DNA of 64,000 nucleotides from Candidatus Kaiserbacteria bacterium (lineage in GTDB: Bacteria; Patescibacteriota; Minisyncoccia; Phycocordibacterales; UBA2100). Below are positions 1-9,816 of the stretch, piece by piece. A program made the translations under genes and the position numbers. The stretch spans positions 13,785 through 77,784 of the forward strand of contig JACPLD010000005.1 in the NCBI GenBank assembly GCA_016186765.1, read 5' to 3'. Each line of letters starts with the position of its first letter. Positions within the stretch are counted from its first letter, which is position 1. The notes beneath the pieces are model-generated. The model did not search any database. It saw only the letters and a list, made by a program, of their open reading frames with translations, and had not been told where the DNA came from.

Positions 1-140
1 GCCACCCAGCTTAGCCACATGGGCACCATCCATCCGCCTATGACCGCGTCCCATCCGAAAAGGACTCGCGCGAGATGAAGGAGCGCGACAAGCGCGAAGA
101 CGCCGGAGGAAACCTTGAAGTACATTTTCTGGTCTCCCAT
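1..140 (-). CDS. small membrane protein (runs off window start)
   Basis: Manual translation from ATG at 140: MGDQKMYFKVSSGVFALVALLHLARVLFGWDAVIGGWMVPMWLSWV...; hydrophobic; not in the ORF track. Confidence 0.7.
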   Translation of the reverse strand, partial: MGDQKMYFKVSSGVFALVALLHLARVLFGWDAVIGGWMVPMWLSWV

Positions 141-226
141 GATCTTATGAACCATATGAAGTGCCTGATTGATAATCCCTCATTCTAGAATTTCGCCGCT
201 CCCTGTCGAGCGCCTTATCCACCCTA

Positions 227-297
227 TGCGGGTACGGGGAATCGAACCCCGATCTAATGCTTGGGAAGCACTCGTTCTGCCACTAAACTATACCCGC
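227..297 (-). tRNA. tRNA-Gly (CCC), CCA not encoded
   Basis: Reverse complement GCGGGTATAGTTTAGTGGCAGAACGAGTGCTTCCCAAGCATTAGATCGGGGTTCGATTCCCCGTACCCGCA forms a cloverleaf with a TTCGA T-loop and anticodon CCC. Confidence 0.95.
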
Positions 298-335
298 CCT
301 CATTGGGTAAAAATCTATCAAAATTTCCAGACTCT

Positions 336-444
336 AGCGAGCGTGCGCAAGCGTTTTGGAGTCTTCGCGCAGGCCGATGAGGCCGAGCGGGAGCAAATTT
401 TCAGCAGAAAATTATGCGACTCCAAAATGATTGTGCACGCGAGC
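336..444 (+). repeat. ~110-nt structured repeat, copy 1
   Basis: Long stem 341-363/418-440 enclosing two hairpins, including AATTTTC-AGCA-GAAAATT; homologous to 2843-2955, 16289-16398 and 23941-24053. Confidence 0.9.
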
Positions 445-448
445 ATAT

Positions 449-823
449 CTACCACCGCCAAAACGTCTTTCGAAACCATTCGCGGAGGGTGGAAGTTGCG
501 TGGATGGGCGCAGAAGTCGGCCGCTCGACAATCACAATGAGCCCCTCCCCTCTTTCCGCAAATCCGTACTGCTCGCGCAGCGTTTCTTCGAGACCGCGAT
601 CGCTCTCGAGCATTTCGATGTCGGCCGAGAGCTGCTGCTGCCGAGCAAGAAGATCGGCACGCTCGAGCTCAGCTTCCGCCTTGCGCGATGCAGATTCGCG
701 CTCTTTTTGAAACACGCCCCACACTCCAGAAGCAGCAAAGAGCGCGAGAGCGGCGAGCGCAAGGAGGCCGAGGCGCTTCAAAAAAAGCCGTGTGGCAGTC
801 TGTCGCTGGTTTCGTGACCACAT
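449..823 (-). CDS. septum formation initiator (FtsB/DivIC-like)
   Basis: N-terminal TM helix, coiled coil, then SDRGLEETLREQYGFAERGE motif typical of DivIC/FtsB. Confidence 0.75.
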   Translation of the reverse strand: MWSRNQRQTATRLFLKRLGLLALAALALFAASGVWGVFQKERESASRKAEAELERADLLARQQQLSADIEMLESDRGLEETLREQYGFAERGEGLIVIVERPTSAPIHATSTLREWFRKTFWRW

Positions 824-860
824 GTTGCAATCTTATCACTGACACGATTTGCATTTTTTC

Positions 861-895
861 CTATTCCCTATACCCTATTCCCTATCACCTACCCA
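861..895 (+). repeat. degenerate heptamer tandem array (CTAnnnn)x5
   Basis: CTATTCC CTATACC CTATTCC CTATCAC CTACCCA immediately before the ATG at 897. Confidence 0.8.
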
Positions 896-896
896 T

Positions 897-1019
897 ATGA
901 GCTTTCTCTTCGACAAGCGCACGAAAAAAGTCATCAATGCCGCATGGGGAGTCATCGCCGTTCTCATCATCATCGGCATGGTTATCTTCTTCGCCCCCGG
1001 CCTCATATACGGCATCTAG
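897..1019 (+). CDS. 40-aa single-pass membrane microprotein
   Basis: MSFLFDKRTKKVINAAWGVIAVLIIIGMVIFFAPGLIYGI*; basic N-terminus plus one TM helix; below the ORF-track cutoff. Confidence 0.6.
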   Translation: MSFLFDKRTKKVINAAWGVIAVLIIIGMVIFFAPGLIYGI

Positions 1020-2791
1020 CTTTCCCGCACTACTTTAAGAAATACCTCGTGAGGTATTTCTACTCTGCCTCGGGCTAACATTTTTTTCTTTCCGCGCTTT
1101 TGTTTCTCGAGGAGCTTCATCTTCCGTGTCACGTCGCCGCCGTAGAGGTAGCCGGTCACATCCTTGCGAAGCGCGTTTAGGCGGCGCGCCGCGATAATGC
1201 GTCCACCTGCTTTCGCCTGGACCTTCAGCACGAAAAGCTGCCGCGGGAGAAGCTTCTCGAGTTTCTCGACTATCGCTTCCGCTTCAGTCTGAAGCCTTCG
1301 ACGGGAGACGATGCGCGTAAACGCGGGCACGGGTTCCTCCGCAATCAAGACATCGAGTCGCACGACATCCGCCTCGCGAAGGCCGACGAGCTCGTAGGAG
1401 AGCGAGGCAAAACCGCTCGAGATGCTCTTCAGCCTGTCGAAAAATGCTCGCATCAATTCTCTGAGTGGCATCTCTGCGGAGATCCGGACTTTTCCATCGG
1501 GAAGAGTCTCTGTATGTCCCACACTGCCCTCGTGCTCATAGAGAAGCTGCGATATGCTGCCCACGTATTGCGCTGGCGTGATGACATGGACGTTGCTCCA
1601 CATCTCGCGTATCCGCTTAGCCCCGCCGTCGTCCGGAAATCGCGCGGGCGAGTAGACTTCTTCTACCGCTCCGTTGATTCGCGTTACCTCGTAGACAGTT
1701 GTCGGCTGCGTCACCACGAGCGCAAGGCCGAACTCTCGCCTTAGACGCTCGATTACGATCTCGAGATGGAGCATTCCCAAAAAGCCGCAGCGGAAGCCCT
1801 TGCCCATGACGCCCGAGCTTTCTTCTTCATACGAGAGAGAAGAATCGGAAAGACGCAGGCGCTCAAGCGATTGTCGCAGAGAGGGCAGATCGTCCTGCGA
1901 CTCCGGATACACTGAGGCCCAAATGACAGGCGTCGGCCGTAGAAAGCCGGGAAGCGCCGGGGCACCTTCTCGCGCAGAGGTGACCGTATCTCCGACCGAA
2001 GTGACACCGGGCTTCTTTATGCCGGTCACGACGTATCCGATCTCCCCTGCGAGAAGCTCGTCGCGCGGAGAGTAGTCGGGAGTAAGTACACCAACCTCGA
2101 GTGCCTTGAACGATTCTTTTGCCGCCGAGAGTGCCAAGGCCTCTCCCGCGCGTAGCCGACCTCCGAAGACGCGTGTGTATATGATGACACCGCGGTGGTC
2201 CGAATATCCGAAGTCAAACACGAGCGCTTGGGTTTTCTCTCCCGTCGCGGGAGGAGGAATTCGCTCAACAATCGCATCGAGAAGAGTTGCGACTCCCTCC
2301 CCTGTCTTTCCCGACGTCTTGAGAACAGACGATTCAGACACGCTAAGAAGGAGCGCGAGCTCGCTCACTATATCGTCCGTTCGCGCAAGTGGCACGTCGA
2401 TTTTCGACACGACAGGAATGACTATTCTCTTCAGATCTTTGGCGACAGAAAGAACAGACAGCGTTTGGGCCTCCACTCCCTGCGTCGCGTCCACGAGAAG
2501 CACGACGCCCTCAACCGCAGAGAGCGCTCGCGATACCTCGTATGAAAAATCAACGTGCCCCGGCGTGTCTATCAAATTGAGCACGTACTCGACGCCGCCG
2601 TTGTGCCACGTCATCCGCACCGGAGCCATCTTGATGGTGATACCGCGCTCGCGCTCGAGCTCCATGCGATCCAGGACCTGCTCTTGCATCCGCCGCGGCT
2701 CGATCGTGCCCGTTATTTCGAGCATGCGATCGGCGAGCGTAGATTTGCCATGATCGATGTGTGCGATGATGCTGAAGTTCCGTATGTTCAT
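1016..2791 (-). CDS. lepA: elongation factor 4 (LepA)
   Basis: NIRNFSIIAHIDHGKSTLADR, DTPGHVDF, C-terminal YGGDVTRKMKLLEKQKRGKKKM. Confidence 0.98.
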   Translation of the reverse strand: MNIRNFSIIAHIDHGKSTLADRMLEITGTIEPRRMQEQVLDRMELERERGITIKMAPVRMTWHNGGVEYVLNLIDTPGHVDFSYEVSRALSAVEGVVLLVDATQGVEAQTLSVLSVAKDLKRIVIPVVSKIDVPLARTDDIVSELALLLSVSESSVLKTSGKTGEGVATLLDAIVERIPPPATGEKTQALVFDFGYSDHRGVIIYTRVFGGRLRAGEALALSAAKESFKALEVGVLTPDYSPRDELLAGEIGYVVTGIKKPGVTSVGDTVTSAREGAPALPGFLRPTPVIWASVYPESQDDLPSLRQSLERLRLSDSSLSYEEESSGVMGKGFRCGFLGMLHLEIVIERLRREFGLALVVTQPTTVYEVTRINGAVEEVYSPARFPDDGGAKRIREMWSNVHVITPAQYVGSISQLLYEHEGSVGHTETLPDGKVRISAEMPLRELMRAFFDRLKSISSGFASLSYELVGLREADVVRLDVLIAEEPVPAFTRIVSRRRLQTEAEAIVEKLEKLLPRQLFVLKVQAKAGGRIIAARRLNALRKDVTGYLYGGDVTRKMKLLEKQKRGKKKMLARGRVEIPHEVFLKVVRES

Positions 2792-2842
2792 ACGTGAAGT
2801 ATCCTATCCTAGCAGATGCTGGACATATCGCATTCTAACTAC

Positions 2843-2955
2843 AGCGAGTCGGATGCGTGCGGTTCCGGGGTCTTCGCGCAGGCCGATGAGGCTTCAGCGG
2901 GAGCAAATTTTCAGCAGAAAATTATGCGACCCAAGGACTGCACGCATCCGCGAGT
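2843..2955 (+). repeat. ~110-nt structured repeat, copy 2
   Basis: Same core as copy 1; outer stem has a different sequence but still pairs (2850-2872/2928-2950). Confidence 0.9.
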
Positions 2956-2958
2956 ACC

Positions 2959-4656
2959 CTATTGCGGAGACGACGGCCCGATCTCTTCGGCAGATGCTAT
3001 AGGTTGCGCTTGCGGCAGCGGCGCCCTCCAGAGCCGCCCGCGGATCGCGGAAACTGTCTCCAAGTACTCGCGATTATTGAGAAACGCGTACACAAGTACG
3101 GCCCCGCATATTCCGGCGATGCCACCCGCAAGCCCGCGCAGAAAAACCGAGAGCAGCGTCGAAGATAGTGTAAGCGGCCCCACGAGGGTGAGTGTCGCAT
3201 AGGCGATGATGGCTGCGCCGATGCCCGCGAGGACGGCGTGCATGAGAGAAACCTTTATCAACGAAAAGAATCCTCCGAAACGCTGCTCGAAATGGATCAC
3301 AAGTGCCACCGCTGATGCGACAGAGACGAGCGAAAACGCGATCGGGAGTGCCACGATGGAGCTTCCGGGAACGTCATCGAGCCGCAGTACGCGCTCAATA
3401 AAACTCAGTAGGGCGGTGTCGGATAGGGCGGAGGAGAAGCGCGAAGCGAGAACAAGTGTGAGCCCGGTCGAAAGTATCGCGATGAAAAATGGAACGAAGG
3501 TGCGCCCTGCCGCGTAGTAGGCGCGAGTAAGCAACAAGAGCAGGGCCTGCGCCGCAAGCGAGATGGAGAGGAGCGCAAAAACCGCGGCGGTGAGACGCGT
3601 GTCGGTCCAATCGAAGGAACCGCTTCCGAGAACGACGCGCACGATGTGTGCGCGAAGCACCACAATGAGACCCAGCGCGGGAAGCGACCAGAAGAGTATG
3701 TAGCGCGCGGCAGTCGCAACGTACTCGACGAATTCCCGTGTGCGGCCGTTCGCAAGCGCCGAAGCGAGCGTCGGGAATGCGGCAACAGAGTAGGAAGCGC
3801 CGATTACCGAGAGAGGAACACTTGCTAGATTGAACCCAAAGATGTACACCGCGATAGAGCCCACGGAAAGTCCGGAGGCAAGCGAGATCAAACCCGTGAA
3901 CGTAACTTGATTCATCGAGAGCGTGAGTGCGCGCGGGATTGATATCGCCGCCGTCTGCAGCAGTGCGATACCATCTCTAAACTTTGGAAACGAGCGGAAA
4001 AATCCTTCACCCACGATCGAAGGAAGCTGGATCCCTAGGTGAAGTGAAGCGCCGAGAACAACTCCCCACGCTAATCCCACGATCCCGAGGGATGGGTAGA
4101 GCGCGAGAAGCCCGACAATGATGCCGAGGTTATAGAGGAGAGGCGAGATGGCATACAGTAGGTAGCGTCCACGTGTTTGGGTGATGCTCGCGAGAATGTT
4201 GGAGAGCCCCAAAAGAATCGGTTGCAGGAGCATGATGCGCGAGAGCATCGTAAGGCTCTCGTGGTAGCCAAGTGCCAAAAACTGAGGAAAGAGCGCCGCG
4301 ATGAGAGACGGCGCGAGGAATGCAGCGCCGAGAGAGAGGGCCACCGCAAGCGAACTGAAGCCGAGAACGATCGTGTCGATGTAGTCTTTTTGTCGCTCAA
4401 GCGAGCGGCGCGAGAGCTCAGGAATGAGAATGTAAACAGAGACCAAGGAGCCGATCGTGACGAACAGGAAGTCAGGTATGCGGAATGCCGCGTAGTAGAG
4501 GTCGAGCTCGGCTCCAGCGCCGAAGGTATGCGCGAAGAGGCGATCACGCACAAGTGCCAAGAGCGAGGAGAGGAGTGCAGAGATCGCCAAGACGTACACT
4601 GCCGTCTGCAAACCCCGCACCGGAGAAGCGAGTAGACGGAGGGTTTCTCGCATCAT
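2959..4656 (-). CDS. murJ: lipid II flippase MurJ (MviN family)
   Basis: RDRLFAHTFGAGAELDLYYAAFRIPDFLF and PLSVIGASYSVAAFPTL motifs; about 14 TM helices. Confidence 0.92.
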   Translation of the reverse strand: MMRETLRLLASPVRGLQTAVYVLAISALLSSLLALVRDRLFAHTFGAGAELDLYYAAFRIPDFLFVTIGSLVSVYILIPELSRRSLERQKDYIDTIVLGFSSLAVALSLGAAFLAPSLIAALFPQFLALGYHESLTMLSRIMLLQPILLGLSNILASITQTRGRYLLYAISPLLYNLGIIVGLLALYPSLGIVGLAWGVVLGASLHLGIQLPSIVGEGFFRSFPKFRDGIALLQTAAISIPRALTLSMNQVTFTGLISLASGLSVGSIAVYIFGFNLASVPLSVIGASYSVAAFPTLASALANGRTREFVEYVATAARYILFWSLPALGLIVVLRAHIVRVVLGSGSFDWTDTRLTAAVFALLSISLAAQALLLLLTRAYYAAGRTFVPFFIAILSTGLTLVLASRFSSALSDTALLSFIERVLRLDDVPGSSIVALPIAFSLVSVASAVALVIHFEQRFGGFFSLIKVSLMHAVLAGIGAAIIAYATLTLVGPLTLSSTLLSVFLRGLAGGIAGICGAVLVYAFLNNREYLETVSAIRGRLWRAPLPQAQPIASAEEIGPSSPQ

Positions 4657-4662
4657 GAAAAC

Positions 4663-6939
4663 CTATCTCCTCGAAGGAGCGAACGGATCGCGACCAGACT
4701 GAATTTTTTCTATAATGTCCGCAAGTGCAGCATCATTTGGATTGGTGAGAGCAACTATCCTCAAGACCCGGAGTGCGTCTTCCTTCCGGTCAAGCCGATA
4801 GTACGAAAGTCCCAAGAGAAAGAGCGCGTTCGCGTAATTTTGCTCGAACGCGACCGCACGCTCGAACGCTCTCGCGGCGTTCTCGTACTCCCCACTTGCG
4901 TAGAGTATCGTCCCGTAGTTGTACCAGCCGAGCGGATCCTGTGCGGCGACCTGTACGACTGCCTCCGCATGCTGTTTAGCTTCCGCTAGCGCGTTCGCGC
5001 GCGCGTGGATCTGCGAGAGGAGAAAGTGCGCGGCGGCGAGATCAGGCTTAATACCGATCGCAGTTTCGAGATTCGTGCGAGCCGCCGTATCGTCGCCACG
5101 CGCAAGATCGAGTTGGGCGAGACCGAGATACGGAAGTGGGTTCGTAGGACTCATCGAAGCTGCCTCGCGATAGGCATCATGAGCCGCCTGTTCCGCTCCC
5201 GAAACACCTGCACCGGCGAGCTCGCCGTAGAGTCGCGCGAGCGTGAGCCAGTTCTGGTAGTCTCGACTTTCAATGTTCACGGCGGCGAGTCCATGCTGGA
5301 TCGTCGCATTCAGTGTCCCTTGCAGCTCAGCCTGCGCCTCCGAACTCCCATCAGATTGGCTTACAAGAGCTGCGAGCTGCAAAAGACCAAGCTCAACACC
5401 TGCACGATGCGCGCGGTCGCTCCCCGGCAAAACGAGAAGTGCGAGCGCGATCGATTTCGACGCCTTGCCGATATCTTGCGTTCCCGAGTAGAGCACGACC
5501 GCGCGATTCACGAGCATGTCCGAAACGAGCGCGCGCGTCGACTGCACACCACCGAAAAGGAGAACGAGGCCCGAGAGCGATAGCACGGAGGCGGCAACTT
5601 TTCCCTTCCAAGATTCCCACGAAAGAGAGAAACGAGAGCGCGAGACCGCGCCCGTGAGGAGCTCCTCTCCGATCATGGCACCAAAGATAAGAAATGTGAG
5701 GAGGGATAGTGCCGGGCCGGGAACGTAGAAGATGTGATAGGTCGTGAGAAAGACAGCAGCGAGAACGAGCGCAGCGCGTATGCGAGAGGCATTTCCCGCA
5801 TCACGAAAGAGCCGCACGAGACGGGAGAGGAGTGCAAGGGTCACGGCGAGCCACGCGACAAGACCCGCTATGCCCGTCGTCACGAAGGAGGTTGGGATAA
5901 AACCAACGCCATAGTAAAAGTCTGTGTTCCAAAATTGCGTCGTATTCACCGAGAGCGGTTTGTAGCGGCCCCACTCGCGAGGAAATGTGTTGGGGCCGGA
6001 ACCGAAGAAAATCTGCGTAGGTTCCGCGAACACTTCGCGACCAATCGCGAAGGTGCCCTGCCACGAAGGTCGCACCTCTACTTGCGTTATCTGAAGCGGC
6101 GAGGGGAGCTTTCGCTGGATAAGCGTTCCCCCGAAGTAGGGAGCAAGCGAAAGGAGCGCAAAGAGGAGAAAGAGCAGGGCGACTCCATGTCCGCCGAAAC
6201 GCGGGCTTGCTGGTTGCGCTCGGAAGCGAAAGAGCGCGTAGAGCAAACTCGCACCTCCGAAGGCAAGCCACACGTCTGCATAGTTGATGACAAGGAGAAG
6301 CGCGAAAGAGCCGAGCGTGACGACAATCCCCACATAGCGCCACGCGCCGCTACAGACCGACGTTGGCAAGAGTATGAGCGAAAGAAAAAGCGCAAGCGAG
6401 AGATAGATGCCAAGATCATGCCAACTGCCGACGATAGAGCTCGCCGGGAATTCGAGCACGCCGCCAAAGGTGAATGTAGGGTACGCAAGATGCACAGACT
6501 GAACCGCGAGCACGACGAGCGTACCCGTAAGAAGAAGACGCAGGGCGAGTGCGGGCCTCTCTCTTTGCGCGCCGAGTACTGTTGCCGAGAGAAAGAGCGC
6601 CGCGTACCAAATTGCGAACGTGACAACCGTGTCCTGCCCACTACCGTCACCAATAAACGATTCCCACGACGGTCCCGCGACGAGTGCAGAAACGAGGTAC
6701 GCAAGCGGAATAAGAAGCGCCGCGATGAGAAGCGGGCTTTTCGGAATATGGAATTCGGAATCCCGTAGAGACATGACGATCCACGCGAGGAAGCCAACGG
6801 GTGCAACAACAACTGCGAGGAGTACCTTCGCCTGTGCGACGCCCACCCATGACACGGGGATAAAGAAAAAAGGAGTGAGCAAGAAGAGGAGGAATGCCGA
6901 CCATCGAGCTACCGCTTCTGCTCCTGCAAAATACTGCAT
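4663..6939 (-). CDS. polytopic membrane protein (O-antigen-ligase-like) with C-terminal TPR repeats
   Basis: Multi-TM N-terminus with FFGSGPNTF loop and TPR motifs. Start moved to ATG 6939 because the track's longer start runs into rnpB and its terminator, and TGCTATACT lies 8 nt upstream. Confidence 0.75.
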   Translation of the reverse strand: MQYFAGAEAVARWSAFLLFLLTPFFFIPVSWVGVAQAKVLLAVVVAPVGFLAWIVMSLRDSEFHIPKSPLLIAALLIPLAYLVSALVAGPSWESFIGDGSGQDTVVTFAIWYAALFLSATVLGAQRERPALALRLLLTGTLVVLAVQSVHLAYPTFTFGGVLEFPASSIVGSWHDLGIYLSLALFLSLILLPTSVCSGAWRYVGIVVTLGSFALLLVINYADVWLAFGGASLLYALFRFRAQPASPRFGGHGVALLFLLFALLSLAPYFGGTLIQRKLPSPLQITQVEVRPSWQGTFAIGREVFAEPTQIFFGSGPNTFPREWGRYKPLSVNTTQFWNTDFYYGVGFIPTSFVTTGIAGLVAWLAVTLALLSRLVRLFRDAGNASRIRAALVLAAVFLTTYHIFYVPGPALSLLTFLIFGAMIGEELLTGAVSRSRFSLSWESWKGKVAASVLSLSGLVLLFGGVQSTRALVSDMLVNRAVVLYSGTQDIGKASKSIALALLVLPGSDRAHRAGVELGLLQLAALVSQSDGSSEAQAELQGTLNATIQHGLAAVNIESRDYQNWLTLARLYGELAGAGVSGAEQAAHDAYREAASMSPTNPLPYLGLAQLDLARGDDTAARTNLETAIGIKPDLAAAHFLLSQIHARANALAEAKQHAEAVVQVAAQDPLGWYNYGTILYASGEYENAARAFERAVAFEQNYANALFLLGLSYYRLDRKEDALRVLRIVALTNPNDAALADIIEKIQSGRDPFAPSRR

Positions 6940-6959
6940 CGAGGAAGAGTATAGCACAT

Positions 6960-6987
6960 GCAAAATCCCCCTTGCGGGGGATTTTGC
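6960..6987 (-). terminator. hairpin at the 3' end of rnpB
   Basis: GCAAAATCCCCC-GCAA-GGGGGATTTTGC, perfect 12-bp stem with a GNRA loop. Confidence 0.7.
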
Positions 6988-7316
6988 CTGCGAAGTAAGC
7001 CGGATTCTGTCGGGGACAGTCATCTATCTGGGATCGTCGTTGCCGACAACCTCAAGCGGCTCTTCCAACAGCGATTTCAATTGAGAATCACGGTTGGACA
7101 CGGCCTTGCACGCAGGTAGGAATTTTGCCGTTTCATTTTCGCCTTTCGACGAAACCACTCCCGAAGGAGTTCTAGCCTCTCGGCATCGACGTTTCTGTTC
7201 GCATCCCTATCCTCTCGGACGACGGGCGTTACCCGCTACCCTGCTATCCGCCAGCTGGCGGATGCGTGTCCGGACTTTCCTCCCCTGCTTTCGCAGGAGC
7301 GACTGCCTAACGCAGG
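6987..7316 (-). ncRNA. rnpB: RNase P RNA
   Basis: Universal motifs GAGGAAAGTCCGG, ACAGAAA, TGAAAC and ACAGAATCCGGCTTA; P1 CCTGCG/CGCAGG. Confidence 0.95.
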
Positions 7317-7354
7317 TGTACAGTATACCAAATTGTGCGCAGCAAACCAAGCAG

Positions 7355-9721
7355 TTAGACAATTTCGCACGTCCCACCCGCGCAGGCCAATTCTTTCGCC
7401 TGCTCGGTTTCGTCGGTGCGTTCGTAGATGATAAGTTTCGAGTAGTCCACCTGTGGGAATTGTGCTACACGTTGCTCGTAGGTTTTCTTATCGATTGCTT
7501 CATAGGGAGCTAAGCGGTAGACATGATTAGAGCGGGGCAGGAACGAAAGGCCGCCGATGATGTCCCAGTTCTCGTACAGCCACGCGACGACTTGCACCCA
7601 CTCTTCTTCTCCCACCGAGATCGTCGCCGAAGGATTATGCTCGGTGAAATTCAATTTCACCGTCTTCCAGTACTCAAGCTGCTCAATTGCCGAGAGATCA
7701 TCCTTGAACACGGAGCCGGCAGGCGCCTTTACCGGAAACTCCAGCACATACGTGTTCGCCTCGCCCGCGACCTGGCCCACTTCAGGGTTATGCGGAACAC
7801 CTTGGTCGCGCACCATCTTGTAGAGCGAGTCGGTCGCAGAGATGCGGATGCGGCGGATGTAATAGTGCGAGTGGCGCGGGTGCACGCCTGAAGAGCAATC
7901 AAAGGTCTGCGATACAGTACCCGAGGGCTTCACGCACGTAATCGAGTGCGACGGATTGATGCCGAAGCGTTTCGCGTATATCTCGTTCGTCTTGAGGGCG
8001 GCCTGCCGCATTTTGCGAAGCGTCGAAGGATTGCGAACTGCCGGGCTGTCCCACTGCCCCGTAATCGAAACCCCCAGCAGCCGCTCGGCTTCGCAATTTT
8101 TCTTCCAGTCCTCCGATATGTAACGGAAATTCGTGAGCGTTGACTGATACGTGCCGAGGAGCGTCGCGAGTTTCGTTTTCCGGACGAGCGATGTTTCCGT
8201 ATCGTATGGACGCGCGATCACCTCTGAGAGATTGCAGAACTGGTGCGACTGCAGAATGATCTCCGCGCATGGGTTTGTGCCGAGCTGACCGATGAACCCG
8301 TTCTTCTTACCGTATTTTTTGCGCAGGTACTCAAGACGCCGTTTGGGCAAGGTCTTGGGAAGTGAGCCGCGGTTGAAGATGCCCCGCTCTCCTGTGCCGC
8401 TCTTCATCAAAGCAACCCATTCGTCCATCAACTCGGCGTTCGTCGGCTTCTCCTCGTAGACAGCGGAGTTGTTGGCGACAGAGCGGTACGGATCGGTGAG
8501 GAAAAATTGCCCCTTTTTGGCGTCGCGGATCTCAACATCGTCCAGGTCCGACAGCGAGATCATTGCCGTGCGGCGCACACCGCCCGCAACGACGCATTCG
8601 CCGATCTTGCAGATGATGTCGTGCGCGTCGATGTTGCGAAGGCGCCTTCCTTGTCGCTTCAAGATCCGCTCACGTGCGAAGGATAGAAGCGAGCGGAGCG
8701 GCTCGGGTCCCGAGGCTTTGCCCCCCATCGTTTTGAGGCGTGCGCCCGCAGGGCGAATAAGCGAGAAATCAAAATCGATGTCTTTACCGCCATACCAGCA
8801 CTTCAGACCTAAGGTGAGTGCATCGCACCAGCCCTCTTTCGTGTCGGCCACAACGTGCATGGGCAACTTTTCTCCGGTTTGCTTTTCGATTTGCGGGAGC
8901 TGCTGAACGTTGTAACTTTCAACGGCGTAGCCGACACCGCAGCCCTGCATCGAGAGATACATGATCTCGGCAAAATCTTCGAGCTTGCGCGGCGCGATGA
9001 AGCTGCAGTTGTAGAAGCATGTGTTGCACTTGCGCGCTGGATCTCCAGAAAATTGCATTGCTCGCATGCTAGGCATCACCTCCTGGTTGAGGATCGCCTC
9101 ACGCACCTCCGCGTATTCACGGGCTTTTAGTTTTTCGCCGAGATTCTCGCGCATGAAATTCACGTAGCGATCAACCGTCTCGATCCACGTCTCGCGGCGC
9201 TGCTCGCTCTCGATCCATCGCGCGTAGGTGCGGAGATACACGAATTCACCCAAAGGGTTATTCTTGAAATATTTTTTACTCTCTTCCGAGAGTTTTCGCA
9301 CGTGCTCCGGCACTTCTCCCTGCTCTTTGCGGATCTTCGAGCGCTCCGCGCGGTACAAAATGTATGCTTTCGAGGTGGCGACGTAATCCGAAAGCATCAG
9401 TTGTTTTTCAACCTCATCTTGGCAACCTTCCACCGTGGGCAAAAAATTCTTATAGGTCTTTGCAATGCGCATCATCTCTCCCGCAACCTTGTGCGCGACG
9501 ACGAGCGCCTCAAGAGGTGTGCCTTCATTGCTCGCTTTCATCGCCTTTTCGATCACCGCGACAATCTTTTGGAACTCGAACGGTACGATGCGTCCGTCAC
9601 GTTTTTGAATTTGCGGGAGATATTTTTTGTACACACGCATCGCGACGCCATCTCCTATGATGCTCACACGCGCCGCAGAGGAGCGCGTTTTCGACCTTTC
9701 CCGCACTGTTGTTTTTGCCAT
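7355..9721 (-). CDS. nrdJ: class II (B12-dependent) ribonucleotide reductase with ATP cone
   Basis: ATP cone (IQKRDGRIVPF), GGVRR, TNPCAEI, TCVKPSGT, C-terminal CAGGTCE. Confidence 0.93.
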   Translation of the reverse strand: MAKTTVRERSKTRSSAARVSIIGDGVAMRVYKKYLPQIQKRDGRIVPFEFQKIVAVIEKAMKASNEGTPLEALVVAHKVAGEMMRIAKTYKNFLPTVEGCQDEVEKQLMLSDYVATSKAYILYRAERSKIRKEQGEVPEHVRKLSEESKKYFKNNPLGEFVYLRTYARWIESEQRRETWIETVDRYVNFMRENLGEKLKAREYAEVREAILNQEVMPSMRAMQFSGDPARKCNTCFYNCSFIAPRKLEDFAEIMYLSMQGCGVGYAVESYNVQQLPQIEKQTGEKLPMHVVADTKEGWCDALTLGLKCWYGGKDIDFDFSLIRPAGARLKTMGGKASGPEPLRSLLSFARERILKRQGRRLRNIDAHDIICKIGECVVAGGVRRTAMISLSDLDDVEIRDAKKGQFFLTDPYRSVANNSAVYEEKPTNAELMDEWVALMKSGTGERGIFNRGSLPKTLPKRRLEYLRKKYGKKNGFIGQLGTNPCAEIILQSHQFCNLSEVIARPYDTETSLVRKTKLATLLGTYQSTLTNFRYISEDWKKNCEAERLLGVSITGQWDSPAVRNPSTLRKMRQAALKTNEIYAKRFGINPSHSITCVKPSGTVSQTFDCSSGVHPRHSHYYIRRIRISATDSLYKMVRDQGVPHNPEVGQVAGEANTYVLEFPVKAPAGSVFKDDLSAIEQLEYWKTVKLNFTEHNPSATISVGEEEWVQVVAWLYENWDIIGGLSFLPRSNHVYRLAPYEAIDKKTYEQRVAQFPQVDYSKLIIYERTDETEQAKELACAGGTCEIV

Positions 9722-9816
9722 ACGTGGAGGTTACTTTATTAAAGGACGTTCATTGTACCCCTGTGATCTGGAAGATTTCTAAACAGCGAGCTGTGGAAAA
9801 CCCACCTCTTCGACCT

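Noticed and set aside
1-27. Possible tRNA 5' end (GCCCATGTGGCTAAGCTGG on the minus strand)
   Set aside because: It reads in frame as the membrane-protein ORF starting at 140.
336-444. The ~110-nt repeat as an integron attC site, CRISPR repeat or intrinsic terminator
   Set aside because: No RYYYAAC/GTTRRRY boxes or integrase, no spacer array, and no U tract on the mRNA strand.
5734-6768. Long antisense ORFs in the track (also 21677-22915, 28223-29356, 55866-57356)
   Set aside because: They are shadows of well-supported genes on the opposite strand in GC-rich DNA.
6940-7023. N-terminal extension of the TPR protein given by the track
   Set aside because: It overlaps rnpB and its terminator; a -10 box supports ATG 6939.
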